A DNA stretch of 64,000 bases from a virus (IMGVR_UViG_3300000062_000006:182-64181), one strand, 5' to 3'. Counted from the first letter of the stretch, positions 10,149 to 19,150 are shown. Notes: generated from the letters alone by a model not told the origin. Numbers and translations: made by a program.

Positions 10149-10493
10149 CTAAAAGGGTAAATCGTCAACAGGTGGCACATTCGCTTGTGGTTGGCTGCTT
10201 GCTTGTGCATTAGATTGCCCTGTGCCTTCAACATCCAGCTTCCATGCCGTCACACCATTATAGTGTCGCCCATTGTATTCATTAGCCTTAAAGTTAAGAT
10301 GCGCCTTAACTTTATTGCCAACCACCAAATTAGGATTGATTGTATCGCCCATAAGCGTAACGACAATAGAATTAGGATACTTCTCATCGTCCTCAATCAC
10401 AACGTCCTGCTTTTTCCAACTATTCCCACTCTTAGACGTTCCTTCTTGAATTGGGAGAATCGCCTTTACTATTCCATCAAAAGAAATTTTCAT
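10149..10493 (-). CDS. DUF3127-like OB-fold single-stranded DNA-binding protein
   Basis: GTSKSGNSWKKQD..., YNGRHYNGVTAWK, acidic DDLPF tail typical of SSBs. Confidence 0.8.
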   Translation of the reverse strand: MKISFDGIVKAILPIQEGTSKSGNSWKKQDVVIEDDEKYPNSIVVTLMGDTINPNLVVGNKVKAHLNFKANEYNGRHYNGVTAWKLDVEGTGQSNAQASSQPQANVPPVDDLPF

Positions 10494-11194
10494 TGTTTTA
10501 TTTGTTTCATTTTGTTATCAATATAGGCTCTGCATTGCAGTACCCGTTGTTCTATTCTCAATATTGCATCTTCGTCTCGTGCAACCTCAAATGACTTGAA
10601 TTTAAGACGTGCGGGTATATCAGGGTATGTCATTTTCTTTGCGAATGAATCATAAATGTCAATATCCATTTCATCTGCTCCGAGACTTCTTACATAAGAC
10701 CAAGCCGCCATATTAATAAGATGTTCAGGCGTATCCGAAAGAACATAGCAAATCATTGCTTGGCTACGCTCCGTTAAGCTCATATACCCTTGCATTTGCC
10801 ACCGATAATCGGAATTAGGCAAGGCTTCTTCAAGCAAAGGGAATGTGCTCCAATCCCAACTGTTCTTAGCATCTATAACCAAATTTGAGTTTGGTGGTAA
10901 CACATCAGGCTCTCCTGTAAAATATTCATTCTCGAACTGCTCCGTATTTTTAATCAAGAACGGAAAACCCAATCGCTCTGCTATGACCTCTATTGACTCG
11001 GCTTCAACAAAATTGCCCTTTTCGGTGTATTTGCTGTAAAATTCATGCTGCCTATTATAGATTTGTTCCTTTATCCATTGGTCGCAATAAGATTGAGCTG
11101 TTTTAGATAATACACCAGCAGCTCTATCCGCCATTGTTTTCGGGTCAGTCATTATTTTGCCGATTGCCGAACATCTAATCTTAAACTGTTTCAT
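10490..11194 (-). CDS. YqaJ/lambda-exonuclease-like PD-(D/E)xK nuclease
   Basis: IRCSAIGKIMT, GEPD, VIDAKNSW, YRWQMQGYM motifs. Confidence 0.8.
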   Translation of the reverse strand: MKQFKIRCSAIGKIMTDPKTMADRAAGVLSKTAQSYCDQWIKEQIYNRQHEFYSKYTEKGNFVEAESIEVIAERLGFPFLIKNTEQFENEYFTGEPDVLPPNSNLVIDAKNSWDWSTFPLLEEALPNSDYRWQMQGYMSLTERSQAMICYVLSDTPEHLINMAAWSYVRSLGADEMDIDIYDSFAKKMTYPDIPARLKFKSFEVARDEDAILRIEQRVLQCRAYIDNKMKQIKQ

Positions 11195-11672
11195 TCGCTG
11201 CTGTTATTAGTTGTTTTTCTGTTTCAGGCGAAATAGTCCACTTTGTCCTGACTTGCTCAATCGTATATCCGCCTTTTATCGCAGCCACAATCTTATCAAA
11301 ATTGGCATTATCTTCAATTTTTAGGTCAGGAAGTTTGGGAACAGCCTGCCTTATTCGCAAACACTCGACCGTATCCCCAGCAACCTTAGTCGTTGTTGCA
11401 TATAACGTGATTTTTTTACCCGTCCAATCCTCAATATAAGGAGTGTTGTATATCTTTTGGATTGTTTTCTGATTGGTGCGGTTTAAGATAAATGGTTTCT
11501 GATTCTTCAATATAGCAACAGTACATTCTTCTTGCTTACCTCCGTCGCCTTTTACCATCTGTCTTTTCACTTCTACAATCTCAACAATAAGGTCTTTGCC
11601 CTCCTTCAAACTGTATGCCCCCAAAAAATCGGGGTTAACAAGAACTCGCCAATGCGTTTTATTCTCTGACAT
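11181..11672 (-). CDS. Putative single-strand annealing/recombination protein
   Basis: Lies beside the exonuclease and SSB (Red-like triad); function inferred from position. Confidence 0.5.
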   Translation of the reverse strand: MSENKTHWRVLVNPDFLGAYSLKEGKDLIVEIVEVKRQMVKGDGGKQEECTVAILKNQKPFILNRTNQKTIQKIYNTPYIEDWTGKKITLYATTTKVAGDTVECLRIRQAVPKLPDLKIEDNANFDKIVAAIKGGYTIEQVRTKWTISPETEKQLITAANETV

Positions 11673-11673
11673 A

Positions 11674-11940
11674 TTATTTATTTTGTTTGTTAATAATTTG
11701 CTCTCCTACATAAATAAAAAACACAGCGATGATTGTTAAATCAAGACTGTGCATCAAACTGTATAACAAAAAGAGTACTCCTAAAGCAGCAATAAGCCGA
11801 CCGAGAAATTCATACATAGAACGAATCGCAATACCTTTGCCAATCTTCCTCGATTTCTCTTTGTTCAGCTTCTTCTTCGGGGGTGAGTTCATCGCCATCA
11901 TAATCAAAGTAGTCAGATTCAATCTGTCTGATAATTTCAT
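11674..11940 (-). CDS. Small membrane protein
   Basis: Two C-terminal hydrophobic segments. Confidence 0.5.
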   Translation of the reverse strand: MKLSDRLNLTTLIMMAMNSPPKKKLNKEKSRKIGKGIAIRSMYEFLGRLIAALGVLFLLYSLMHSLDLTIIAVFFIYVGEQIINKQNK

Positions 11941-12086
11941 TTGGCATCACTTTAATAGTTTCTTATTCTCCTCTACTCTGAATTTAATAGTTCTATTCCC
12001 AATCTCTTTGTTGAGTTCTTCAAGGTATTGTGTTGACTTGTATAAAGCCTGCTCCAAACGCTTTATCCGTTCTAATGCTACATTTG

Positions 12087-12425
12087 TCATAACCGATTGC
12101 CCAATTTTATAATAAACACATCAAAATCAGGCGCACCCCAAGCGGGATTGCCTTTGCCAGCATGAACGCCTTTGAACTCGAATGTAGTTCGTGGGGCATC
12201 TTTTGAATAGCCATTTATAAACTCGACTGCATCGTAGTGCTTGAATTTGAAGTTTTGCCCAGTGTGATTATCACGTAAGTTTCCTCCTGAAATAATAGAC
12301 ATTGGTAGAGGTTCGCACAGTCGTGAAATGAAGAATGGCTTTATTTCTCGATATTCTTCTTTCTTCTCTCCTGACAGAATCATGCCGAACCATTGCTTTT
12401 TAATCGTTAGCCTTAGTGTTTTCAT
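12087..12425 (-). CDS. ASCH-domain protein
   Basis: LTIKKQWFGMILSGEKKEEYREIKP ASCH signature. Confidence 0.8.
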   Translation of the reverse strand: MKTLRLTIKKQWFGMILSGEKKEEYREIKPFFISRLCEPLPMSIISGGNLRDNHTGQNFKFKHYDAVEFINGYSKDAPRTTFEFKGVHAGKGNPAWGAPDFDVFIIKLGNRL

Positions 12426-12829
12426 GGATTTGATAGTTCAGGGTTGTCGTGTATGTTTCCTATGACTTCAATTCTCCCTTTATAATCATTTTCGACTGTA
12501 CCGTATAGACTCCATCGCCTTTCTCCATTAGTTAACGGCTTGGAATAAACGACATCATAGCAATAGCCTCGAACCCCACCCTCAACAAAACCTATTACTT
12601 TTCCGTCTGCACCCAATATATCACCATCATATATATCTTTGCCACTCTTGTCTGTTAATCCTGTGAATTGTCCAATGGTTTCGGGAATAACAACAGAAGA
12701 GAATGGAGCTTTTTCGCCCCAGTGGAAAATTTCTAATCTCTTTTTGAAGTTTTTCTCAAGGCGAAGTAAATCTCCAAATTTCCACTCGCCTATATCAATG
12801 CTCTTCCCCCTGAATTTATATTCTCTCAT
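12422..12829 (-). CDS. YopX family protein
   Basis: MREYKFRG, ETIGQFTGLTDKSGKDIYDGDIL, EVIGNIHDNPEL. Confidence 0.9.
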   Translation of the reverse strand: MREYKFRGKSIDIGEWKFGDLLRLEKNFKKRLEIFHWGEKAPFSSVVIPETIGQFTGLTDKSGKDIYDGDILGADGKVIGFVEGGVRGYCYDVVYSKPLTNGERRWSLYGTVENDYKGRIEVIGNIHDNPELSNP

Positions 12830-12870
12830 AATTCATTCGTTTTTTGTTTCACTATTACTCCGAAAGTGAA

Positions 12871-13242
12871 CTAAATCGACTCACTTAGTTTTGTGATTAT
12901 CTTATCGTAAAGTGGAGGAGAAATAGTACTCAACCGCCCTAACTCTTCTCTCATGCCATGCGAGTCTATTAAGCGAAAATCAATATCATGCTTAATCATT
13001 GACCGAAGCAAACTCAGTGCATTATCAATAGCCATGCGCCTTTCCATCGCAAGCGTGTTAAATTGACTTTCAGGGCGTATTCTTTCAAACATAGAGCGTA
13101 TATAAAGCTGAATATCGTATCGTTTTAAGTCTTCGAAGAATTTATCCCAATCATCATCAAAATAAAAAGAGAGGTGGTTGCGTATAGCGTCCATCGTTAT
13201 ACGATAGTCTGCCAAAGAGTTAATTATTATCTTATCTTTCAT
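12871..13242 (-). CDS. Hypothetical protein
   Basis: 123-aa ORF in operon. Confidence 0.55.
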   Translation of the reverse strand: MKDKIIINSLADYRITMDAIRNHLSFYFDDDWDKFFEDLKRYDIQLYIRSMFERIRPESQFNTLAMERRMAIDNALSLLRSMIKHDIDFRLIDSHGMREELGRLSTISPPLYDKIITKLSESI

Positions 13243-13255
13243 CTCTCGCTATTTT

Positions 13256-13468
13256 TTAAAATGGTAAATCACTATCATTAGGTCTACAATCTTCAATAGT
13301 ATATTTATTATCTTCTATTGATTTTATAGTACACAGAATATATGCCTTTTTATTAAAAAGGCTGGCTAACCTTTTAGCCTCTGTTTCCGCAGATTCCAAA
13401 CTGTCATGCTTGTATGTAGGGTGTCCGCAATCTTCAACAAACACCATGTAGAATGTTTTATTTTCCAT
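13256..13468 (-). CDS. Hypothetical protein
   Basis: 70-aa ORF ending in DLPF. Confidence 0.55.
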   Translation of the reverse strand: MENKTFYMVFVEDCGHPTYKHDSLESAETEAKRLASLFNKKAYILCTIKSIEDNKYTIEDCRPNDSDLPF

Positions 13469-13481
13469 TGTTCACTACTTT

Positions 13482-13922
13482 TTAAATTCCGAAATTTTTA
13501 ATTGATCCAAAGAACCCACCTTGCCACCAAACGCATGGGAAGTCATAAGCCTTTTCGTATTCATCAAAAGTATCATACCTTACCGCCTCGTTGTATCCAG
13601 GATGATTGATGTCATTTTTAACCTCAGTAAATTCTTCTTCATTATAGCAATAGTATACCGGTTCGCGGCCAAACTCTTCTTCAAGAGGTTCAAGGAGTGT
13701 CTCTATATCAAAGTCATCCGCTTCAACATCTGTTTTGCTATCAATACGGATAATCCAATAATTCGGACGATTGTCCATTGATTTCACATAAACCAATTGT
13801 AATCCATCTCCTAATATTGTTTCGCATAATGCTGGTTGAATTTCATGATCCACTCCCCAGAAAGAAACAGTCCTTCTTTTCGTTTCCTTGGCAATCAGTT
13901 CCTTCATTGTTAAATCTCTCAT
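13482..13922 (-). CDS. Hypothetical acidic protein
   Basis: 146-aa ORF in operon. Confidence 0.55.
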   Translation of the reverse strand: MRDLTMKELIAKETKRRTVSFWGVDHEIQPALCETILGDGLQLVYVKSMDNRPNYWIIRIDSKTDVEADDFDIETLLEPLEEEFGREPVYYCYNEEEFTEVKNDINHPGYNEAVRYDTFDEYEKAYDFPCVWWQGGFFGSIKNFGI

Positions 13923-13941
13923 GATCCACTATTTTTTATTA

Positions 13942-14199
13942 TCACCTAAAATATTTTTCAAATCGGTCATACCAATAGTTGACCTCTTTCTCATGTTCAT
14001 ACTCGTAGTCCAAAATATCCTCTCCCCAATTTTCAGGGAAATCAAGCACTTGTGTGCCCCTGCTTAACACTTCCTCTTTGATAACATATAGGATATTATT
14101 TCGAGTAACCCTAAGACTCCCAAATAGAAGAATTGAGGCTATTGCCATCTTTACAGTAGCTTTGTCGATTCTGCATTCGACTTTGAATACTTTTTTCAT
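13942..14199 (-). CDS. Hypothetical protein
   Basis: 85-aa ORF in operon. Confidence 0.5.
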   Translation of the reverse strand: MKKVFKVECRIDKATVKMAIASILLFGSLRVTRNNILYVIKEEVLSRGTQVLDFPENWGEDILDYEYEHEKEVNYWYDRFEKYFR

Positions 14200-14508
14200 A
14201 TTAGTGACTTTTTAATTAAAGAGAGTTTTCAGCTTCGTGGTTTGCCTTACCGCCTGTTGGAAGTCTGTACACGTACATGGTTTATGCCTCACGTTTCACA
14301 AGGCTGGAGAACTGTATAGGGTAAACCGCCCACGCCTCCCACTCATACCGATTACTGACTGACTGGACTCTCTTTTTTTAATGGTATACTTTTAAATTAT
14401 TTTAGTGGACTACTTTTCAATTATATTATACAATTTGTCCGCAAGTAATTCTGTCAAATAGTGATAATATTGTTAATACGCATGTCATTTATTGCTTCTT
14501 AATTATTT

Positions 14509-14796
14509 CTACAATATCATACAAGCCATACTAAGCCTCATTGCGATATGCTCTTCAAGTCTTGCGCCTTGACTACGTTCCCAGTTAGGAAGTAGACAAA
14601 TAGCATCACACTCAAGCATCATTTTAATATCAGCCCTCATGTGTTCGTGCCATGTTGCTGTAACAGGCAGTCCGCTGTTAAATGGGTTCACAGGCTCAAA
14701 ACCTTTCTTTCTTAATATATCTTCTGCTTTTCGGAAGTTCTCTTTAGCTTCTTCTATTGGCAGATTACTTATTTGACCGGATATGTATACTTTCAT
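14509..14796 (-). CDS. DUF4406 family (nucleoside deoxyribosyltransferase-like) protein
   Basis: KVYISGQIS...CDAICLLPNWERSQGARLE. Confidence 0.85.
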   Translation of the reverse strand: MKVYISGQISNLPIEEAKENFRKAEDILRKKGFEPVNPFNSGLPVTATWHEHMRADIKMMLECDAICLLPNWERSQGARLEEHIAMRLSMACMIL

Positions 14797-14810
14797 TCTT
14801 TTTATTATTG

Positions 14811-15530
14811 TTATTCAAACACCAATGATTGTTGCCTTTGATGCCATTTTAAGCGGTCAATAGCTGCATTGAAATAGTCCTCGTCTTTCTCTATTATTGT
14901 CAGTTCAAAGCCTAAATCGTGACAAGCTATTGCGTGAGAGAAAGAACCGCCGTGAGTGTCTAATATCTTATCGCCAGGCTTGGCGAATTTATTCAGCAAA
15001 TAGCGATACAAATGCACAGGCTTTTGTGTAGGGTGTATCTTCTTTTCTTTATTTGCTCCTCCTGTATTTGAATATCGGAACATTGCAGCAGGACAATCAA
15101 AAGAAGTCCAAGCCAATTCAAGTTGAGAGAAGTTTTCCCACGGTTGCATTTTATCCCAACATACAATACCTCTTGTCGGCCGTAAGTCAAAATAATTACC
15201 ACCCCAAATGATTTGGTTTTTTGACAACCGAAACAATTCATCAAAATATTCTTTACCTGGAGCAATGTCCCAGCTTGCATCAGAGTTGTTCAGTCGCCTG
15301 TCTTTTAGCTTACCTCCCCCACTATTTAATCGACCCTTGCGAAGTTTTTGTGCAACACTTTCACCGGGATAGCCATCTCCTTTCCTTGTTAAGTGTGTTC
15401 CCATGCTCATATTGTCAGCATTTATGCCATAAGGAGGGTCAGCAATAGCCAAATCAAAAGTTTTATCTGGCAACGACTTCATGTAATCCATGCAATCACC
15501 ATGTATTGCGGTTATTTTACCAAGTATCAT
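14811..15530 (-). CDS. DNA N6-adenine/N4-cytosine methyltransferase
   Basis: DPPY catalytic motif, HPTQKP, ILDTHGGS SAM-binding motif. Start taken at MILGK (track start 15578 overlaps the upstream gene). Confidence 0.9.
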   Translation of the reverse strand: MILGKITAIHGDCMDYMKSLPDKTFDLAIADPPYGINADNMSMGTHLTRKGDGYPGESVAQKLRKGRLNSGGGKLKDRRLNNSDASWDIAPGKEYFDELFRLSKNQIIWGGNYFDLRPTRGIVCWDKMQPWENFSQLELAWTSFDCPAAMFRYSNTGGANKEKKIHPTQKPVHLYRYLLNKFAKPGDKILDTHGGSFSHAIACHDLGFELTIIEKDEDYFNAAIDRLKWHQRQQSLVFE

Positions 15531-15540
15531 TTGTTCGTTT

Positions 15541-15858
15541 TTATGTGAAATAGTAAGTCTTCTTATTCCCTGTGCCAAACTTCCTTGCTTTGATAATCGT
15601 CTGAAATGGATAATCGTCTTTAGGAATTTGTCTCAGAGCTTCTTTTATTGGGCTTGCAGTAGTGAAGAACTTCTTCTCTTCGCCACCAATCTTTATTTTA
15701 AGAATATATCTATCATCCCCGTGTTCGGTCGTTATTCCTGCTTCATAATCCAATACTTCTATCTCAGAGTTGATAATCTCCTCAATAGATATCTGAGGAA
15801 CTTGAAAGATGTTTTTGTTTTCAAGTGTGTTTATACCGAAATCAGCAAATCGTTTCAT
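15541..15858 (-). CDS. Hypothetical protein overlapping the RT stop; candidate DGR accessory factor
   Basis: 105 aa, start overlaps RT 3' end, beta-strand-rich pattern unlike helical Avd. Confidence 0.55.
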   Translation of the reverse strand: MKRFADFGINTLENKNIFQVPQISIEEIINSEIEVLDYEAGITTEHGDDRYILKIKIGGEEKKFFTTASPIKEALRQIPKDDYPFQTIIKARKFGTGNKKTYYFT

Positions 15859-16828
15859 GTCGTACCACCTTTCTTATTAAGTTCTTTGAATTACAATGCT
15901 TAGCCCATCCAAGCCAAGAGCATACCTGTTGCTTGTAATCTTTATTGCTCATGCTCTTTTTATTCAATTTAGCTGCTTTCTTACAGAAGTTCTTTTTTAT
16001 TGACTTGCGCATTTTGATATGAGAATGATAGAATACGTAACCAACAAAGTCAATACCTCTTAAATCGACAGGGAATATTTGATAGTTTCCTTTTAGGTCA
16101 AGCCTTAGACAATCTTTTAAGTAATCTCTAACATCCGACAATAGGTTATGTAAATAGGCTTTGTCGCCTGCCAAGAATACCAAGTCGTCAGCATATCGAT
16201 AATAGTATTTCACTCGCTTGTATTCCTTCACCCAATGGTCGAAATAGGATAAATACAGATTTGCGAAGAACTGTGATAGGTAGTTGCCAATCGGAACACC
16301 CGGAGCAGAATCTATTATTTCGTCAAGTAACATTAGAAGCCTTTTGTCTTTTACCTTCTTGCGGATAATCGCTTTCAGTGCCTCATGGTCTATTGACGGG
16401 TAGAACTTCTTTATATCAAGCTTTAGGCAGTATTTTGTATTGTTGACATCTTTCAAATCACGCCTTAGATGCTTTAATACTCCATGAATACCACGACCCT
16501 TGATACATGAATAGGTGCAACTTGCAAAGACAGAAATCCAAATAGGTTCAAGAACGTTCATTATAGCATGATGGACTACCCTATCCCTAAATGGAAGACG
16601 GAAGATAAGCCGCTCTTTCGGGTCGTGGATTGTAAAGACGTCATACTCCGAAGTCTTATATGTTCCCTTGATTAGCTCTTCTTGAATCAGCATTAGATTT
16701 TTATTCAGATGCTTTTCAAAGTAGAGAACTCCATAAGAGCGACCTTTCCCTTGTCTTGCTTTCAGATATGCAGTATAGATATTATCTGCATCGCATATCT
16801 TATCGTATAAATTATTTATCCTTTTCAT
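15842..16828 (-). CDS. DGR reverse transcriptase
   Basis: FRDRVVHHA, GVPIGNYLSQ (DGR-type GNxxSQ), YYRYADD; 328 aa with no maturase/endonuclease extension; adjacent TR/VR set. Confidence 0.95.
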   Translation of the reverse strand: MKRINNLYDKICDADNIYTAYLKARQGKGRSYGVLYFEKHLNKNLMLIQEELIKGTYKTSEYDVFTIHDPKERLIFRLPFRDRVVHHAIMNVLEPIWISVFASCTYSCIKGRGIHGVLKHLRRDLKDVNNTKYCLKLDIKKFYPSIDHEALKAIIRKKVKDKRLLMLLDEIIDSAPGVPIGNYLSQFFANLYLSYFDHWVKEYKRVKYYYRYADDLVFLAGDKAYLHNLLSDVRDYLKDCLRLDLKGNYQIFPVDLRGIDFVGYVFYHSHIKMRKSIKKNFCKKAAKLNKKSMSNKDYKQQVCSWLGWAKHCNSKNLIRKVVRHETIC

Positions 16829-16935
16829 AAAGCCTTTATTTCTAATTAGAGCCTTCGATTCAATCTACCAGCACCTTTTGAAGTTTTATTTTTTGCCATG
16901 TTGGCAAGGTTCTTGCCTTTTCTTATTCTGTTATA

Positions 16936-17010
16936 TAGGTGAGACCTGCTACCCGCGTGCGCAAAATCGTTTTCGTAATTCGTATCGTTGAACGTGAAGG
17001 AAGAAGGAGA
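16936..17010 (-). repeat. DGR template repeat (TR), 75 bp
   Basis: Minus strand TCTCCTTCTTCCTTCACGTTCAACGATACGAATTACGAAAACGATTTTGCGCACGCGGGTAGCAGGTCTCACCTA; AAC/AAT-rich, intergenic upstream of RT. Confidence 0.95.
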
Positions 17011-17033
17011 TTAAGGCAAGCAACCCGTTTTTA

Positions 17034-17429
17034 TTATCCTAACTGAACGCCTTCCCAGATTTCACTAAAATTTTCTCCGAGAAATCTCGCTGTTTCGCGC
17101 ACCAAAACACGAAGGCGAGACCCGCTACCCGCGCGCGCAAAATCGTAATCGAAATTCGAATCGTAGAACGCGAAGGAAGAAGGAGACATATCGAACCAAG
17201 GTATATACTTTGGTTGGCTATAATCGCTCCAATCGATTTCACCCAAACCATTTTCTCTTTCTATTTTACGAGCAGCTTCTACGAGAATCTCAGCATCGTA
17301 CTGAGCCTCTTTGTATGCTCGTTTGTTTTCTGGGAATACTGAGAAATCAATACGACTTTCTCCCACTTCTTTGTAAGCTGCTTCCACTGTTGGGATGCGC
17401 TCCTCTAACTGTTTTCTTAAATCTTTCAT
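17034..17429 (-). CDS. DGR target protein 1
   Basis: Carries VR1 encoding SPSSFAFYDSNFDYDFARAGSGSRL. Confidence 0.9.
   Translation of the reverse strand: MKDLRKQLEERIPTVEAAYKEVGESRIDFSVFPENKRAYKEAQYDAEILVEAARKIERENGLGEIDWSDYSQPKYIPWFDMSPSSFAFYDSNFDYDFARAGSGSRLRVLVRETARFLGENFSEIWEGVQLG
17112..17186 (-). repeat. DGR variable repeat VR1
   Basis: 10 mismatches to TR over 75 bp, all at TR adenines. Confidence 0.95.
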
Positions 17430-17449
17430 TGCTTAATTGTTTTATATAT

Positions 17450-17932
17450 TTATCCTAATTGAATATCTCTCCAAATATCAAGGAACTGCTTGCCGATGTA
17501 TATTGCTAACTCCTCCGATTTGACGTGAAGGCGAGACCCGCTACCCGCGTGCGCAAAATCGTATTCGTAATACGAATCGTAGAACGAGAAGGAAGAAGGA
17601 GACATCTTGAACCAAGGTCGCCACTTCAATTGATTAGAATTATTCCAATCAGGCTCCCATCCTTCATTTAATGCCTTTGCAATCACAAACATTTTGTACT
17701 GAGCGACGAAATAAGGCTGCTGTTCCTTTGGCAAATTAGAGAAGTCGGGCACATCGGGACTACCTGTTTCTCTCATAGCATCCTCGAATGTTTTTATCCT
17801 ATCGCGAACATCTTGATTCTCGAACGTTTCTTTACCATAAAGGTTTTCAAGCATAGCCTGACCTTTGTTGTCTGACTCTCTCCATGCTCTAAGCGCATTT
17901 GCCTTTGAGACTTCTAAAAGTTCTTTTCCCAT
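17450..17932 (-). CDS. DGR target protein 2
   Basis: Carries VR2 (SPSSFSFYDSYYEYDFAHAGSGSRL); DRIKTFEDA motif. Start taken at MGKEL (track 17965). Confidence 0.9.
   Translation of the reverse strand: MGKELLEVSKANALRAWRESDNKGQAMLENLYGKETFENQDVRDRIKTFEDAMRETGSPDVPDFSNLPKEQQPYFVAQYKMFVIAKALNEGWEPDWNNSNQLKWRPWFKMSPSSFSFYDSYYEYDFAHAGSGSRLHVKSEELAIYIGKQFLDIWRDIQLG
17528..17602 (-). repeat. DGR variable repeat VR2
   Basis: 8 mismatches to TR, all at TR adenines. Confidence 0.95.
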
Positions 17933-17939
17933 TATTTTA

Positions 17940-18422
17940 TTAATTAGAAGGTTGAATAAGTTCACGCCATAAGTCTAAAAATTGTACTCCTGAATATTTT
18001 GCTAATTCTCGTGTTTTATAAGAAAGGCGAGACCCGCTACCCGCGCGCGCAAAAACGTAGGCGCAACCCGTACCGTAGAACGCGAAGGAAGAAGGAGAGC
18101 TGCCTGTGCTGAAATAAGGATAATAGCGATAGTCATTACTGTAAATATCCCCAACCCAACCTTCGTTTAACGCACGACCGATTGTGATTAGCTTTCTTCG
18201 GACTATTTCATCTTTGGTAAATCCAAGCCTAAGACATTCGGCTTCATTCAAAGGAATCTCTCCTAATTCAGCACAAGCATCTTCGTACGTTTTAACTCGG
18301 TCTGTTATGCTTTGAGAAAAGAAATCTTTGCCGAATGTATCTTCCAGCGTTGTCTTAAACTCAGGGGAAGCGTCTTTATACAACTTCCTCGCATTTGATT
18401 CTGTGATTTGTAATGTTTTCAT
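17940..18422 (-). CDS. DGR target protein 3
   Basis: Carries VR3 (SPSSFAFYGTGCAYVFARAGSGSRL); DRVKTYEDAC motif. Start taken at MKTLQ (track 18497). Confidence 0.9.
   Translation of the reverse strand: MKTLQITESNARKLYKDASPEFKTTLEDTFGKDFFSQSITDRVKTYEDACAELGEIPLNEAECLRLGFTKDEIVRRKLITIGRALNEGWVGDIYSNDYRYYPYFSTGSSPSSFAFYGTGCAYVFARAGSGSRLSYKTRELAKYSGVQFLDLWRELIQPSN
18024..18098 (-). repeat. DGR variable repeat VR3
   Basis: 14 mismatches to TR, all at TR adenines. Confidence 0.95.
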
Positions 18423-18537
18423 CTTTAATTGATTGTTTTGAATTGTTATAATAAAAGGCACAACGGCTGCACAAGGTTTCGGAGCAGGTATGTACAACTC
18501 GCTGCCCGGCTGTTTATGTGCATCAAAGACTACCGAT

Positions 18538-18732
18538 TTAGCCGCTGTGCCAATATTTATATATTGTAACTGTCATTATGCAGCATGAACCACATGTTAC
18601 ATAATGAAATGGATTATATAGTGCCGCCCAGAGTGACAGTATCGCCCATATCGAGAAGAGTAGGCACAAAATGAACTGTGTTAGTGAATCGAAACGAATC
18701 TTGACAATCCTTTTTTTTATTTTGTTTCGCAT
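18538..18732 (-). CDS. Small membrane protein
   Basis: 64 aa, two hydrophobic segments. Confidence 0.45.
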   Translation of the reverse strand: MRNKIKKRIVKIRFDSLTQFILCLLFSIWAILSLWAALYNPFHYVTCGSCCIMTVTIYKYWHSG

Positions 18733-18991
18733 GATATATGATTTATTAAGTTGTTTTTTAGTTCGTCTCGTTCTCTTCGCATGGATATTCCGTAGTTTAT
18801 CCGCCAGTCCCGAGCCACAGCGGTCTTTTTCAGTTGTTCTCTTTGCTGTTTATTTTCCTCAATTAGTTGTGATTTTGGTGGATTTTCTTCGTGCATATAG
18901 TGATATTGTTTTATTTAAAAGAGATGCAGCGCACTATTCATCACGAACCGTTGCGCTGCGGAGTTAGTTAAATAATAAATGTGAAAAAATG

Positions 18992-19118
18992 TGAGCAAGG
19001 CAGGGTTCGAACCTGCAATCGCAGGGCACTTCTACCCCGATTCCTTTTTGTTTTTAACGTGGAGGTAGGACAATCTCCATTACAGTTTTTTTGCGTTTAC
19101 CAATTCCGCCACTTGCTC
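18992..19118 (-). ncRNA. tRNA-like element with expanded, non-canonical anticodon region
   Basis: Acceptor stem GAGCAAG/CTTGCTC+A, D-arm TGGCGGAATTGGTAAACGC, T-arm GCAGG-TTCGAAC-CCTGC, variable-arm hairpin GGGTA-GAAG-TGCCC; 127 nt long, no paired anticodon stem. Confidence 0.6.
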
Positions 19119-19150
19119 AGTTGCCTAAATTGGAGTCGCTAAAGAGTACA

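Noticed and set aside
14200-14508. Intergenic gap as an ncRNA or hidden gene
   Set aside because: Only very short ORFs and no convincing structure; no support for a call.
15842-16828. Group II intron or retron RT
   Set aside because: Short, no maturase/endonuclease domain, GNxxSQ motif and a clear adenine-specific TR/VR set indicate a DGR.
18992-19118. Functional tRNA-Leu or tRNA-Tyr
   Set aside because: CTGTAAT could be a Tyr anticodon loop but has no flanking stem, and the element is about 40 nt too long; no known intron structure recognised.
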